Below are positions 1 through 8,296 of a stretch of DNA of 64,000 bases, piece after piece; position 1 is the stretch's first letter, and each line of letters begins with the position of its first letter. Origin of the DNA: a bacterium (GTDB taxonomy: Bacteria; UBA8248); NCBI GenBank assembly GCA_965203325.1, contig OZ241875.1:96001-160000 (forward strand), in the 5' to 3' direction. The notes under the pieces were generated by a model, which was not told the DNA's origin, ran no database searches, and saw nothing but the letters and a program-made list of their open reading frames with translations. Position numbers and translations under genes: made by a program.

Positions 1-618
1 CCCGAAAATGACGCCCGAGCATAATTCGAGACCGGCGCCGCGCGCCGCACTCAAAGTATCCATGCGGTCGTCATAGGTGTGGGTGGAGCAGATTTGCGGA
101 TAATAGCGCTCGCTCGTGTTGAGGTTGTGGTTGAAACGATCGACGCCCGCCTCGCTGAGTCTGGCGGCCTGGGAGGCTTCCACCAGACCGAGAGAACAGC
201 ACACGGAAAGACCATGGCGTGATTTTATCTCGGCGACGGCCCGACAGAGTCTTTCGATTTCCGCGTCCGATGGCCCCCGCGCGCTGATGACGATGCAGTA
301 GCGCCTCGAACCGGCCGCCTCGGCCTGTGAGGCACCCTCCAGGAGTTGTTCCTCATCCACCAGTTCGTATCTGTCGATCTGAGCGCCGGAGACGGCGGAT
401 TGAGAGCAATAGCCGCAATCCTCAGGACAGATGCCGCTCTTGGCGTTGATGAGGTAGTGAATCTGCACTTTCTTTCCGAAATAGGCGCGGCGGACTGTGA
501 AGGCGGCGTCGAGAAGCTGAAGAAGCTCTTCGTCGGGCGCATTGATGACGGAGAGCGCCTCTTCTCGTCCGGGTCTTGCATCTTCCAGGGCGCGCCGCGC
601 CAGTTGATGGTAGTTCAA
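1..618 (-). CDS. bioB: Biotin synthase (radical SAM), 3'-truncated by the window edge; absent from the ORF track
   Basis: Manual minus-strand translation from TTG at 618 (GAAGGA RBS upstream): ...LINAKSGICPEDCGYCSQS (CxxxCxxC)...RRYCIV...CCSLG...FNHNLNTS...THTYDDR...LELCSGVIFG, all BioB hallmark motifs. Confidence 0.95.
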   Translation of the reverse strand, partial: MNYHQLARRALEDARPGREEALSVINAPDEELLQLLDAAFTVRRAYFGKKVQIHYLINAKSGICPEDCGYCSQSAVSGAQIDRYELVDEEQLLEGASQAEAAGSRRYCIVISARGPSDAEIERLCRAVAEIKSRHGLSVCCSLGLVEASQAARLSEAGVDRFNHNLNTSERYYPQICSTHTYDDRMDTLSAARGAGLELCSGVIFG

Positions 619-823
619 AGAGCGATTCCTTCTGCTTGGGCGTCTGACCCGAAACTTTACGCGCCGCCCCACTCTTTGGCAAACGAGTGTGGCGAAGAGA
701 GCGCAAAGGGGAGATGTTCCCTTGTCTGCGCTGCTCGCGTGACTTATGATGAATCCGGTTTTCAACACTTAAGGCAATCCATAATAATTTACCATTATAC
801 CCTTAAATTCAATGAGGTATTTG

Positions 824-3712
824 ATGGAAGTTATTGCAACACTTGAGGAGGAATTGCGCGCAGCCATTGATGGCGAAGTACGCTTCGATGCGTATACGAG
901 AAAAATATACAGCACCGATGCGAGCATGTACGAGATAGAACCCGTGGGCCTCGTATTGCCGAAAACGAACGACGACGTGCAAAAAACGCTTCGAATCGCC
1001 CAAAGACACAACGTCGCCATCCTGCCCCGTGGCGGCGGAACCAGCCTCGCCGGCCAGACCGTGGGCGAAGCGTTGATCCTCGATTTTTCCAAATACATGA
1101 ACCGGGTGCTTGAGGTGAACGCCGATGCGGAATGGGCGCGCATCCAACCCGGGCTGGTGCAGGATCATTTCAACGATTACCTGAGCCCGCACGGATTCGT
1201 CTTCGGCCCCAACACCTCGACGAGCAGCCGCGCCACCATCGGCGGCATGCTGGGGAACAACTCCTCGGGTTCGCGCTCCATCGTCTATGGGAAGACGGTG
1301 GATCACGTCATCGAAGTCTCCGGCTATTTCGCAGACGGAGAGCCTTTCTCTTTCGGGCCTCTGGATGCGGCGTCTCTCGAAGAACTCATGCGCGAGGATT
1401 CGCGAACAGGCGAGTTCCACAAGGCGCTCAAGGACATCGTGGACGAGCAGCGGGTGGAGATCGAGGACCGCTATCCCAACATCATGCGCCGCGTGAGCGG
1501 GTACAACCTCGATGAACTCGCCAGGGAGACGCAACCCTTCAACCTCGCCAAGCTCATGGTGGGCGCCGAGGGCACGCTGGCCGTGGTCACCGAAGCCAAG
1601 GTGCGCGTGTGTCCCAAGCCCAAGGCGCTCGGCGTCCTGGTAGTGCATTTCCACAGCATTGAGGAGGCCCTCGCCGCGAGCACCACCATTCTGGCCCACG
1701 ACGTGGCGGCGATAGAGATCATCGACCGTGTGATCATCGAACTCGCCAAGCAGAACCTCGAAGCGCAGCGCCTCATGGACAGCTTCGTCGTGGGCGATCC
1801 GGATTCTTTCCTGACAATCGAGTTTTTCGCCAAAAACGACGATGAAGCCAGGGAGAAAGTAATGCGCCTGCACGATGAACTCGAAGCGAAGAACATCGGC
1901 TACGCGCGCGTTCCGCTGGACGACCCCGCCCACAAGCAGGATTGCCTGAACATGCGCAAGGCGGGCCTGGGCTTTCTCCTCGGGCGCCGTGGCGACTGGA
2001 AGCCCTGCGCCTTCGTGGAAGACTGCGCGGTGGCCCCCGAACACCTCCTGGATTATTACCGGCATTTCGAAGCCATCATGAAGAAGTACAATACGGAAAC
2101 CTCCTACTACGGCCACACGAGCGTGGGCCTTCTGCATTTGCGCCCGCTCATCAACCTCAAAGAAGACGAGGAGATCGGGAAAATGGCCGCCATCGCCGAG
2201 GAGGTCGCAGACCTCGTGCTCGAATACGGTGGCGCCATGAGCGGAGAGCACGGCGACGGTCTGGCGAGAAGCCAGTGGGTGCCCAAGTTCTTCGGCGAGA
2301 AACTCTATGGGGCGTTCGTCGAGGTGAAGCGGCTCTTCGACCCCGAGAACCGGATGAACCCCGGCAAGATCGTGAACGCCCTCCCCTTCACCGAAAACCT
2401 TCGATTCGACGGCTCCTATAAGACGCCCGAAATACCGACCATCATGGATTTCTCGAGCGACGGCGGCTTCGCGCGCGCGATCGAGCTTTGCAACGGCGTG
2501 GGCGCGTGCCGCAAGCGAGACGGCACGATGTGCCCCTCCTACCAAGCGACGATGGAAGAAGAACATTCCACGCGCGGGCGGGCGAACGCGCTCAGAGAAG
2601 TCATCGCGAACGGAATCCCCGGCGAGGATCTAGGCAGCGAGCGGCTCTATGAGGTGCTGGACCTTTGCATCTCGTGCAAGGGCTGCAAGGCGGAGTGTCC
2701 CTCCAGCGTGGACATGGCGAAGATCAAGGCCGAGGTGCTCCAGGCCTACTACGACAAGAACGGCGTGCCCCTGCGCGTGCGGATGATGGGCCAAATCGCG
2801 CGCATCAACCGCCTGAGTATGCCCATGGCGCCGATCGTGAACTGGACGCAGGGGAACCGCTTCGTGCGTTCCCTGCTGGACAGGTTCTTGGGGGTCGACA
2901 AGCGAAGGAGGCTCCCTCCCCTCGTGACGCCCACCTTCGAGGAGTGGTTTAAGGGGCGGCCTTCCGCGCGAAACGGGGCCGGCGCGCGCGGAAAAATTTT
3001 GTTCTTAAACGATACGTTCACGAACTTCAATTACCCCGAAATCGGAAAAGCCGCCGTCAAGGTGCTGGAGGCGGCCGGCTTCGAGGTCGGGCTGGCGGAG
3101 ACGGGCTGCTGCGGACGCCCCATGATATCGCACGGCCTGTTGCGCGAGGGCCAGAAGCTGGCGGAGGAGAACATCACGAGGCTCTCCCCCGCCATAGAGG
3201 CGGGGCTTCCGATCATCGGCGTCGAGCCGAGTTGCCTGCTGACTTTTAGAGACGAATACCCGGACCTCGTCGCGGGCGATGCGGCCGGGCGTCTGGCGGA
3301 GAATTCCTGGATGCTGGAAGAATTCCTGCAAAGCCTGCATGAAAAAGGCGAACTCGACCTGAAATTCAAGACTCCGCAACAGCAAAAAGCCCTCTTCCAC
3401 GGGCACTGTCACCAGAAAGCGCTGGTGGGCACAGGGCCTTCCCTGGCGATGCTGGACATGATCCCCGATTTGGAGGTAACGCAGATACCTTCAGGCTGCT
3501 GCGGGATGGCCGGTTCGTTCGGCTACGAGAAGGAACACTTCGACATCTCTCTCGCCATCGGCGAGACGAAGCTCTTTCCCGCCCTGAGAGCAGGCGCAGA
3601 AGACGCGGCGACCATCGCCAACGGCGTCTCCTGCCGACAACAAATCGCTACCGGCGTCGGCAAGAAGGCTCTCCACATCGCCGAGGTGCTGGCCGACGCG
3701 CTGGATGAATAG
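824..3712 (+). CDS. FAD-linked oxidase with 4Fe-4S and CCG domains (GlcD/GlcF fusion, YdiJ-like 2-hydroxyacid dehydrogenase)
   Basis: PRGGGTSLAGQ, ATIGGMLGNNSSG, GEHGDG, CNGVGAC..CPSY, CISCKGCKAECP, GCCG/CCGMAG motifs; start ATG 824 follows GAGG (ORF track starts at 812). Confidence 0.9.
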   Translation: MEVIATLEEELRAAIDGEVRFDAYTRKIYSTDASMYEIEPVGLVLPKTNDDVQKTLRIAQRHNVAILPRGGGTSLAGQTVGEALILDFSKYMNRVLEVNADAEWARIQPGLVQDHFNDYLSPHGFVFGPNTSTSSRATIGGMLGNNSSGSRSIVYGKTVDHVIEVSGYFADGEPFSFGPLDAASLEELMREDSRTGEFHKALKDIVDEQRVEIEDRYPNIMRRVSGYNLDELARETQPFNLAKLMVGAEGTLAVVTEAKVRVCPKPKALGVLVVHFHSIEEALAASTTILAHDVAAIEIIDRVIIELAKQNLEAQRLMDSFVVGDPDSFLTIEFFAKNDDEAREKVMRLHDELEAKNIGYARVPLDDPAHKQDCLNMRKAGLGFLLGRRGDWKPCAFVEDCAVAPEHLLDYYRHFEAIMKKYNTETSYYGHTSVGLLHLRPLINLKEDEEIGKMAAIAEEVADLVLEYGGAMSGEHGDGLARSQWVPKFFGEKLYGAFVEVKRLFDPENRMNPGKIVNALPFTENLRFDGSYKTPEIPTIMDFSSDGGFARAIELCNGVGACRKRDGTMCPSYQATMEEEHSTRGRANALREVIANGIPGEDLGSERLYEVLDLCISCKGCKAECPSSVDMAKIKAEVLQAYYDKNGVPLRVRMMGQIARINRLSMPMAPIVNWTQGNRFVRSLLDRFLGVDKRRRLPPLVTPTFEEWFKGRPSARNGAGARGKILFLNDTFTNFNYPEIGKAAVKVLEAAGFEVGLAETGCCGRPMISHGLLREGQKLAEENITRLSPAIEAGLPIIGVEPSCLLTFRDEYPDLVAGDAAGRLAENSWMLEEFLQSLHEKGELDLKFKTPQQQKALFHGHCHQKALVGTGPSLAMLDMIPDLEVTQIPSGCCGMAGSFGYEKEHFDISLAIGETKLFPALRAGAEDAATIANGVSCRQQIATGVGKKALHIAEVLADALDE

Positions 3713-3735
3713 ATTCTAAGCTATAAAACTAAATT

Positions 3736-3777
3736 ATAAACAATAAGATGAAAGAATATCTTCAAGTTATTGTTTAT
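3736..3777. terminator. AT-rich inverted repeat between convergent genes, possible terminator or protein-binding site
   Basis: ATAAACAATAA (3736-3746) and TTATTGTTTAT (3767-3777) form a perfect 11-bp inverted repeat. Confidence 0.4.
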
Positions 3778-3782
3778 GGTCC

Positions 3783-4877
3783 TTAGTCCGGGTTCCTTAT
3801 GACGGAACGCAGGGTTTCGCCGCGTTCCATCGCCTCGAAAGCGGGCTCCACGTCTTCCAGACCGATGACTTTCGTGACCATGCGGTCGAGGTCCAACTCC
3901 CCTTTTTCGTACCAGTCGGCGAGAAGCGGGAAATCCCTCGACGGCAGACAGTCCCCGTACCAGGAGACGCGCAGCGCGCCGCCCAGTCCGAAGAACTGGA
4001 GCATGGGCAATTCCATCATCATGTCGGGGGCCGGCACGCCGATGAGGGTGCAGGTTCCAGCGAGATCGCGCGACCACATCGCCTGCAGAAGCGTCTGGGG
4101 CGTTCCCACGGCTTCGAAGGAATAATCGACGCCGTTCCCGCCCGTGAGTTCCTTGATCGCTTCCACCGGGTCGGTTTCAGAGGCGTTGACGACGTCGGTG
4201 GCGCCGAATTCCCTGGCCCAGTCGAGCTTGTTATCGGCGATGTCGACGCCGATGATCTTCGCTGCGCGCGACATTTTAGCGCCCATGATGACGCTGCAGC
4301 CCACGCCGCCGCATCCATACACCGCCACGCTGCTCCCGCGCCGCACCTGCGCCGTATAAAGACAGGCGCCCACGCCCGTCATGACGCCGCAGCCGATAAG
4401 GCAGGCCTGCTCCGGCGTGCAGACGGTGGGCACTTTCACCGCCTGTTTCGCGGCAACGAGGGTGTGCGTGCAGAACGTGCCGATGCCGAGAGAAGGACTC
4501 ATAGGCCGGCCGTCTTTTTTCGCGTACATCTTCGAAGTCGCGTTCAGGCTGGCGGCGCATAGGTTGGGCTGGCCGATGGCGCAGAACCGGCAAAGGCCGC
4601 AGGGAGCGCGCCAAGCCAGAACGACGTAATCGCCCACGGCCAGGTCGGAGACGCCCTCCCCCACTTCCTGAACGATGCCGGAGCCTTCATGGCCGAGGAG
4701 GTAGGGAAATTCATCCCCGATTTTCCCGAGCTTGTAGTGCAAGTCCGTGTGGCAGACGCCGCTGGCCTGTATTTTCACCAGCACCTCGCCGGGACCCGGG
4801 GAGGCGAGTTCGATTTCCTCCACTTCCGTGCGTTCGCCCGCTGCTCTTGAAATCACGCCATGGCCGATGATGCTCAT
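3783..4877 (-). CDS. Zn-dependent alcohol dehydrogenase, S-(hydroxymethyl)mycothiol dehydrogenase (MscR)-like
   Basis: GVCHTD, LGHEGSG, CGLCRFC..C zinc motifs, GCGGVG; RDLAGT..GVP and SWYGDCLPSRDFP resemble the MscR subfamily; start ATG 4877 after GGGAGG. Confidence 0.85.
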   Translation of the reverse strand: MSIIGHGVISRAAGERTEVEEIELASPGPGEVLVKIQASGVCHTDLHYKLGKIGDEFPYLLGHEGSGIVQEVGEGVSDLAVGDYVVLAWRAPCGLCRFCAIGQPNLCAASLNATSKMYAKKDGRPMSPSLGIGTFCTHTLVAAKQAVKVPTVCTPEQACLIGCGVMTGVGACLYTAQVRRGSSVAVYGCGGVGCSVIMGAKMSRAAKIIGVDIADNKLDWAREFGATDVVNASETDPVEAIKELTGGNGVDYSFEAVGTPQTLLQAMWSRDLAGTCTLIGVPAPDMMMELPMLQFFGLGGALRVSWYGDCLPSRDFPLLADWYEKGELDLDRMVTKVIGLEDVEPAFEAMERGETLRSVIRNPD

Positions 4878-4995
4878 ACGCTTCCTCCCCGGTCGTATAT
4901 TCTCGGCGCGCCCGCTATAATGCGCCACGCAAACTGAAAATTTCCGTTAACGACTTTATTTTCTCCCACGAGGGATGATTGCGCAAGGAGACGAT

Positions 4996-6186
4996 ATGTC
5001 CGAAGAATGGTACCCGCGTTTTTCCGAGGCAGAAATGAGCAGGCGTCATGCGGCGGCGAAGGGCCTGATGGAAGATGAAGGGCTTGATGCGCTTCTGTTC
5101 TTCGGCATGGGCGGCACGAACCGGAACGCCCAGGCGAACATCTACTGGCTCTCGTGCTACCGGGATTTCAACCACTGCTATCTGATCTTCCCGAAAGACG
5201 GCCCCCCTTCCCTATTCACGGGCCTGTACAACCACCTGCACAACGCGCAGATGCAGTGCATCTTCGAGGACGTGCGCCACGGAGCGTACGGCAACCCCGA
5301 ACGCATGGCGGATCAGCTCGACGCCCTGGGGCTGGGGAACGCACGGGTCGGGCTGGTGGGAATCAACCCCCGCTTCAAGATACTGCTGCCCTTCGAGCAC
5401 ATGGACTACCTGTCAGAGCGCTTCCCCGAAGCGGAGTGGGTGGACGTGAGCGCCAGATTCCGGGACCTGCGGCTGATAAAGAGCGACGAGGAAATCGAAT
5501 GGCTGACCGAGGCGGCGCGGCTCACCGACCTCGCCATGGAAGCGGCCCGAATCCATGCGAAACCGGGGATTCCCGAGATCGAACTATCGGGCCGGATGGC
5601 CGCGGCGTTCCGGGAACAGGGCGGCGAGCAGATGGTGCAGTTCGTGACGGCCACGCCGATGGCGAATCCCCGCACGCCCGTTCCCTGGCAGAACCCCACG
5701 CTGAGAAAGCTCGAGGCGGGCGACGTGCTCATCATGGAGATCAGCGCTGCGTATTATGGCTATGCGGGCCAGAGCCTGCGCACCTTCACCATCGGAGCGG
5801 ACCCGACGCCGCCCTATCAGGCGCTGCTCGACGCCGCCGTCGAGGTGTACGAGGGCGTGGGCAAAACGATGAAGGCGGGCAACTCCGCCCAGGCCGTTTT
5901 CGAGGCCACCGACCCGCTGCCCGAACGGGGTTTCCAGATCTACGATTCACTCGCGCACGGTTTCGGCACGGACCTGCTGCAGCCTTCCATCGGCATCAGG
6001 GGCTCGAACTACCTCGCACCGCCGGCCGACTTCAAGTACCGCGAGAACATGGTGATGGTGATTCAGCCCAACCCCATGGACTCGGAAGGCCGCGGCGTGC
6101 AGATGGGCGATATGGGTATCGTCACCAGCGAGGGGTTCCGCTCCCTGCACACCTTCCCTATGCAGGCGTTCCGCTGCGACGGGTGA
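4996..6186 (+). CDS. M24 (Xaa-Pro peptidase/creatinase fold) family protein with degenerate metal ligands
   Basis: Creatinase N-domain, LRLIKSDEEI, PGIPEIEL, GDVLIMEI..YYGY..RTF, AHGFG; ATG 4996 after AAGGAG. Confidence 0.8.
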   Translation: MSEEWYPRFSEAEMSRRHAAAKGLMEDEGLDALLFFGMGGTNRNAQANIYWLSCYRDFNHCYLIFPKDGPPSLFTGLYNHLHNAQMQCIFEDVRHGAYGNPERMADQLDALGLGNARVGLVGINPRFKILLPFEHMDYLSERFPEAEWVDVSARFRDLRLIKSDEEIEWLTEAARLTDLAMEAARIHAKPGIPEIELSGRMAAAFREQGGEQMVQFVTATPMANPRTPVPWQNPTLRKLEAGDVLIMEISAAYYGYAGQSLRTFTIGADPTPPYQALLDAAVEVYEGVGKTMKAGNSAQAVFEATDPLPERGFQIYDSLAHGFGTDLLQPSIGIRGSNYLAPPADFKYRENMVMVIQPNPMDSEGRGVQMGDMGIVTSEGFRSLHTFPMQAFRCDG

Positions 6187-6196
6187 TGATGCCTGT

Positions 6197-6350
6197 AGGA
6201 ATTGTGGAAAAATCTAGCATGCGACCACTACCGAACTCTCTCTCCACCAAGGAGAATTTCAAGTCCACTCCCCCCTTGAGGGGGAGTAGACCTTTCTCTT
6301 TCATCGGTCTCGTCAAACCCTCGTAAATCAAGGCTTTTCCAACGCCTCCT
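6197..6350. repeat. Mosaic intergenic repeat with degenerate terminal inverted repeats and a CACTCCCCCCTTGAGGGGGAGT module
   Basis: AGGAATTGTGGAAAAA (6197) ... GGCTTTTCCAACGCCTC (6332-6348); hairpin module at 6266-6287 recurs at 10401 and 51761. Confidence 0.55.
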
Positions 6351-6815
6351 TCACTCTTCCTCGTAATACGCCCCGCTTCTGGTGCCGTCCACGGCATCGC
6401 CGGCCACGAAGTAGGTGGTGTCCTTCGAGGCGAAGTACAGGCAATCCTCATCGCCCGTGGTGACGCAATAGTGCTCCGCACCGGCCGGAATGTGGATCAC
6501 CTGCCCTGCCTCGGCGACTCCCTCCACGTCGCGCACCCGGTATTTGAGTTTCCCCTTGATCACATAGTTGAACTGCTCGTTCGCGTGGGTGTGGAGCCTC
6601 GACCCGGTGCCTTTCGGCTTGTTCACCAGCACCACCTGAAGCTTCTCTCCCCGCACGGCGCTGCCGACAGAAGACGAATAGTGAGGCCCTATCATGAACT
6701 GGTCCATCTCCTGCATGTTGAACAGGTAGTTTCCGGGCGTCGCCCTCACTACCTTCTCATGGGTCTCCTCGTGAATGTTCGCGTATTTCTTTTCATTTTC
6801 CGCTGCTTCGCTCAT
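6351..6815 (-). CDS. Cupin domain protein (paralog 1)
   Basis: GTGSRLHTHANEQFNYVIKG...IHIPAGAEH cupin motifs; start ATG 6815. Confidence 0.85.
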   Translation of the reverse strand: MSEAAENEKKYANIHEETHEKVVRATPGNYLFNMQEMDQFMIGPHYSSSVGSAVRGEKLQVVLVNKPKGTGSRLHTHANEQFNYVIKGKLKYRVRDVEGVAEAGQVIHIPAGAEHYCVTTGDEDCLYFASKDTTYFVAGDAVDGTRSGAYYEEE

Positions 6816-6853
6816 CGCGTAACTCCCGATCCAGAAAAAGAACGATCTGATTA

Positions 6854-7300
6854 TCACTCGATTGGTTCATGGCCCGCCTCGAAATGAGGGCCTGAATTCT
6901 CGCCGTCCACGGGTTCGCCGTACATGGCGTGCGAGGTGTCCTTTACCGCGTAGTATTCCGCGTCTCCCTTCCCGGTGGCGTAGGTGTAGTGCTCGACGTT
7001 CGCCGGAAAGTGAATCAAGGTTCCGGGGCCGGCCAGGCCCTCTACGTCGCCCACCCTGACTTGCAGTTCTCCTTTGATGACGAAGTTGAACTGCTCGTTC
7101 GGGTGCGTGTGAAGCCTCGACCCGGTGCCCGGCTTTTTCCGCACGAGGGCCACCTGCACGCGCTCGCCCTCCACGATGCCGCCGTGTCCTGATGAGTAGT
7201 GCCCGCCGATGGGCAGTTGCTCCATATCGGCGAGGTCATAGACGTAGCGCTCCTCTTCCGCCTTCACGGCGTGAATGCTATCTCCTTCCTGACGACTCAT
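6854..7300 (-). CDS. Cupin domain protein (paralog 2)
   Basis: GTGSRLHTHPNEQFNFVIKG...IHFPANVEH; ATG 7300 after GGGAAAGG; clearly homologous to the downstream cupin. Confidence 0.85.
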   Translation of the reverse strand: MSRQEGDSIHAVKAEEERYVYDLADMEQLPIGGHYSSGHGGIVEGERVQVALVRKKPGTGSRLHTHPNEQFNFVIKGELQVRVGDVEGLAGPGTLIHFPANVEHYTYATGKGDAEYYAVKDTSHAMYGEPVDGENSGPHFEAGHEPIE

Positions 7301-7499
7301 GCCTTTCCCCTTTCCCTGAAAAACGGTAATCCCTGTATTGCTTATGTCTGGATGGCTTACTTTAACGATGGCTGGGAAAACGCGCCACCCGTTTCGCCCG
7401 TTGCGGCACGGCGCATCCACGCATAGAATCCGGGCGTCTCAACTGCCACTTGAGATTACACAACAGACTTTTATTTCTTTTCATGCGAAGGAAAAATTC

Positions 7500-8114
7500 A
7501 TGGAATTCGTCATCAAGATTTACGACAGGCCGGAGGCGGCCGCATTGAGGGATGTCCACCGCAAGGCGCACCTGGATTACCTGAAGAGCTTCGACGACGC
7601 CACCCGCTTCGCCGGTCCGTTCCTGACCGACGACGGGAAGCTCGAACTGGGCAGCTTCCGCATCCTGGATTTGCCCGACCGCGCCGCCGCCGAAGAACAC
7701 GTGGCGAACGAGCCGTTCATCATCGAGGGGATTCAGGAGCGGCCCTCGGTTCACCGCTGGCGCGCCACCGTGCCCCATTCCTGGCGCGACTGTCCGAGAA
7801 AAGAAGGGAACCTCCAGTTCTACGTCCATGCGCTGGACAAGGCGGACGGGGGTGCGATTCGCAAGACCCTGCATGAAGAGCACGTGGCCTACCTGACCGA
7901 GCACGGCGATTCGGTGATGGTGCGCGGCCCCCTGGTCACCGATGACGGCGAGACCAGAAACGGCAGCGTGCTGCTGCTCGATTTCCCCGGCATTGAGGCG
8001 GCGCGGGCGTTCTGGGCGAAGGAGCCCTACAACCGCGCGGGCCTGTATGAGAGCGTGGAGTTCTACGCCTGGCGCTTCGGGCGGGTGTTCGACAGATTCA
8101 AGACGCCCGCGTGA
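7500..8114 (+). CDS. Tandem two-domain YciI-family protein
   Basis: Two repeats of R..H..YL...GP..TDDG...GS...LD.P....A.......EP; ATG 7500 after AAGGA. Confidence 0.85.
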   Translation: MEFVIKIYDRPEAAALRDVHRKAHLDYLKSFDDATRFAGPFLTDDGKLELGSFRILDLPDRAAAEEHVANEPFIIEGIQERPSVHRWRATVPHSWRDCPRKEGNLQFYVHALDKADGGAIRKTLHEEHVAYLTEHGDSVMVRGPLVTDDGETRNGSVLLLDFPGIEAARAFWAKEPYNRAGLYESVEFYAWRFGRVFDRFKTPA

Positions 8115-8284
8115 GGGTATTGAAAAGCCTGGAGAGGGAAAATTTGTTTGTGTGTAGGGGCCGCACATAGGCTTTTGAAAAAGCACTGAGCGGCGACTGT
8201 AGGGACAGGCCTCTGTGCCTGTCCGAAACTCTGACAAAGGACAACCACGGAGGGTTGTCCCTACGGGGCTTTTTCACCAACCCC
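8113..8284. mobile_element. TIR-bounded REP mosaic (MITE-like)
   Basis: GAGGGTATTGAAAAGCC (8113) ... GGCTTTTTCACCAACCCC (8267-8284); GTAG-REPs at 8154, 8199-8224 and 8239-8264; first ~50 bp nearly identical to the 19929 element. Confidence 0.7.
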
Positions 8285-8296
8285 GTATCGTAATTC

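Noticed and set aside
809..2566. Long antisense ORFs (also 12959-14215, 14386-15828, 18092-19465, 21310-22317, 50103-51086, 61451-62485)
   Set aside because: Shadow ORFs opposite well-supported genes, expected with high GC3; no recognisable motifs
4996..7300. DMSP lyase cluster (DddP-like M24 plus cupin lyases)
   Set aside because: The M24 protein lacks the acidic metal ligands DddP needs, and the cupin motif is the generic H.H.NEQ type; fold membership alone is not evidence
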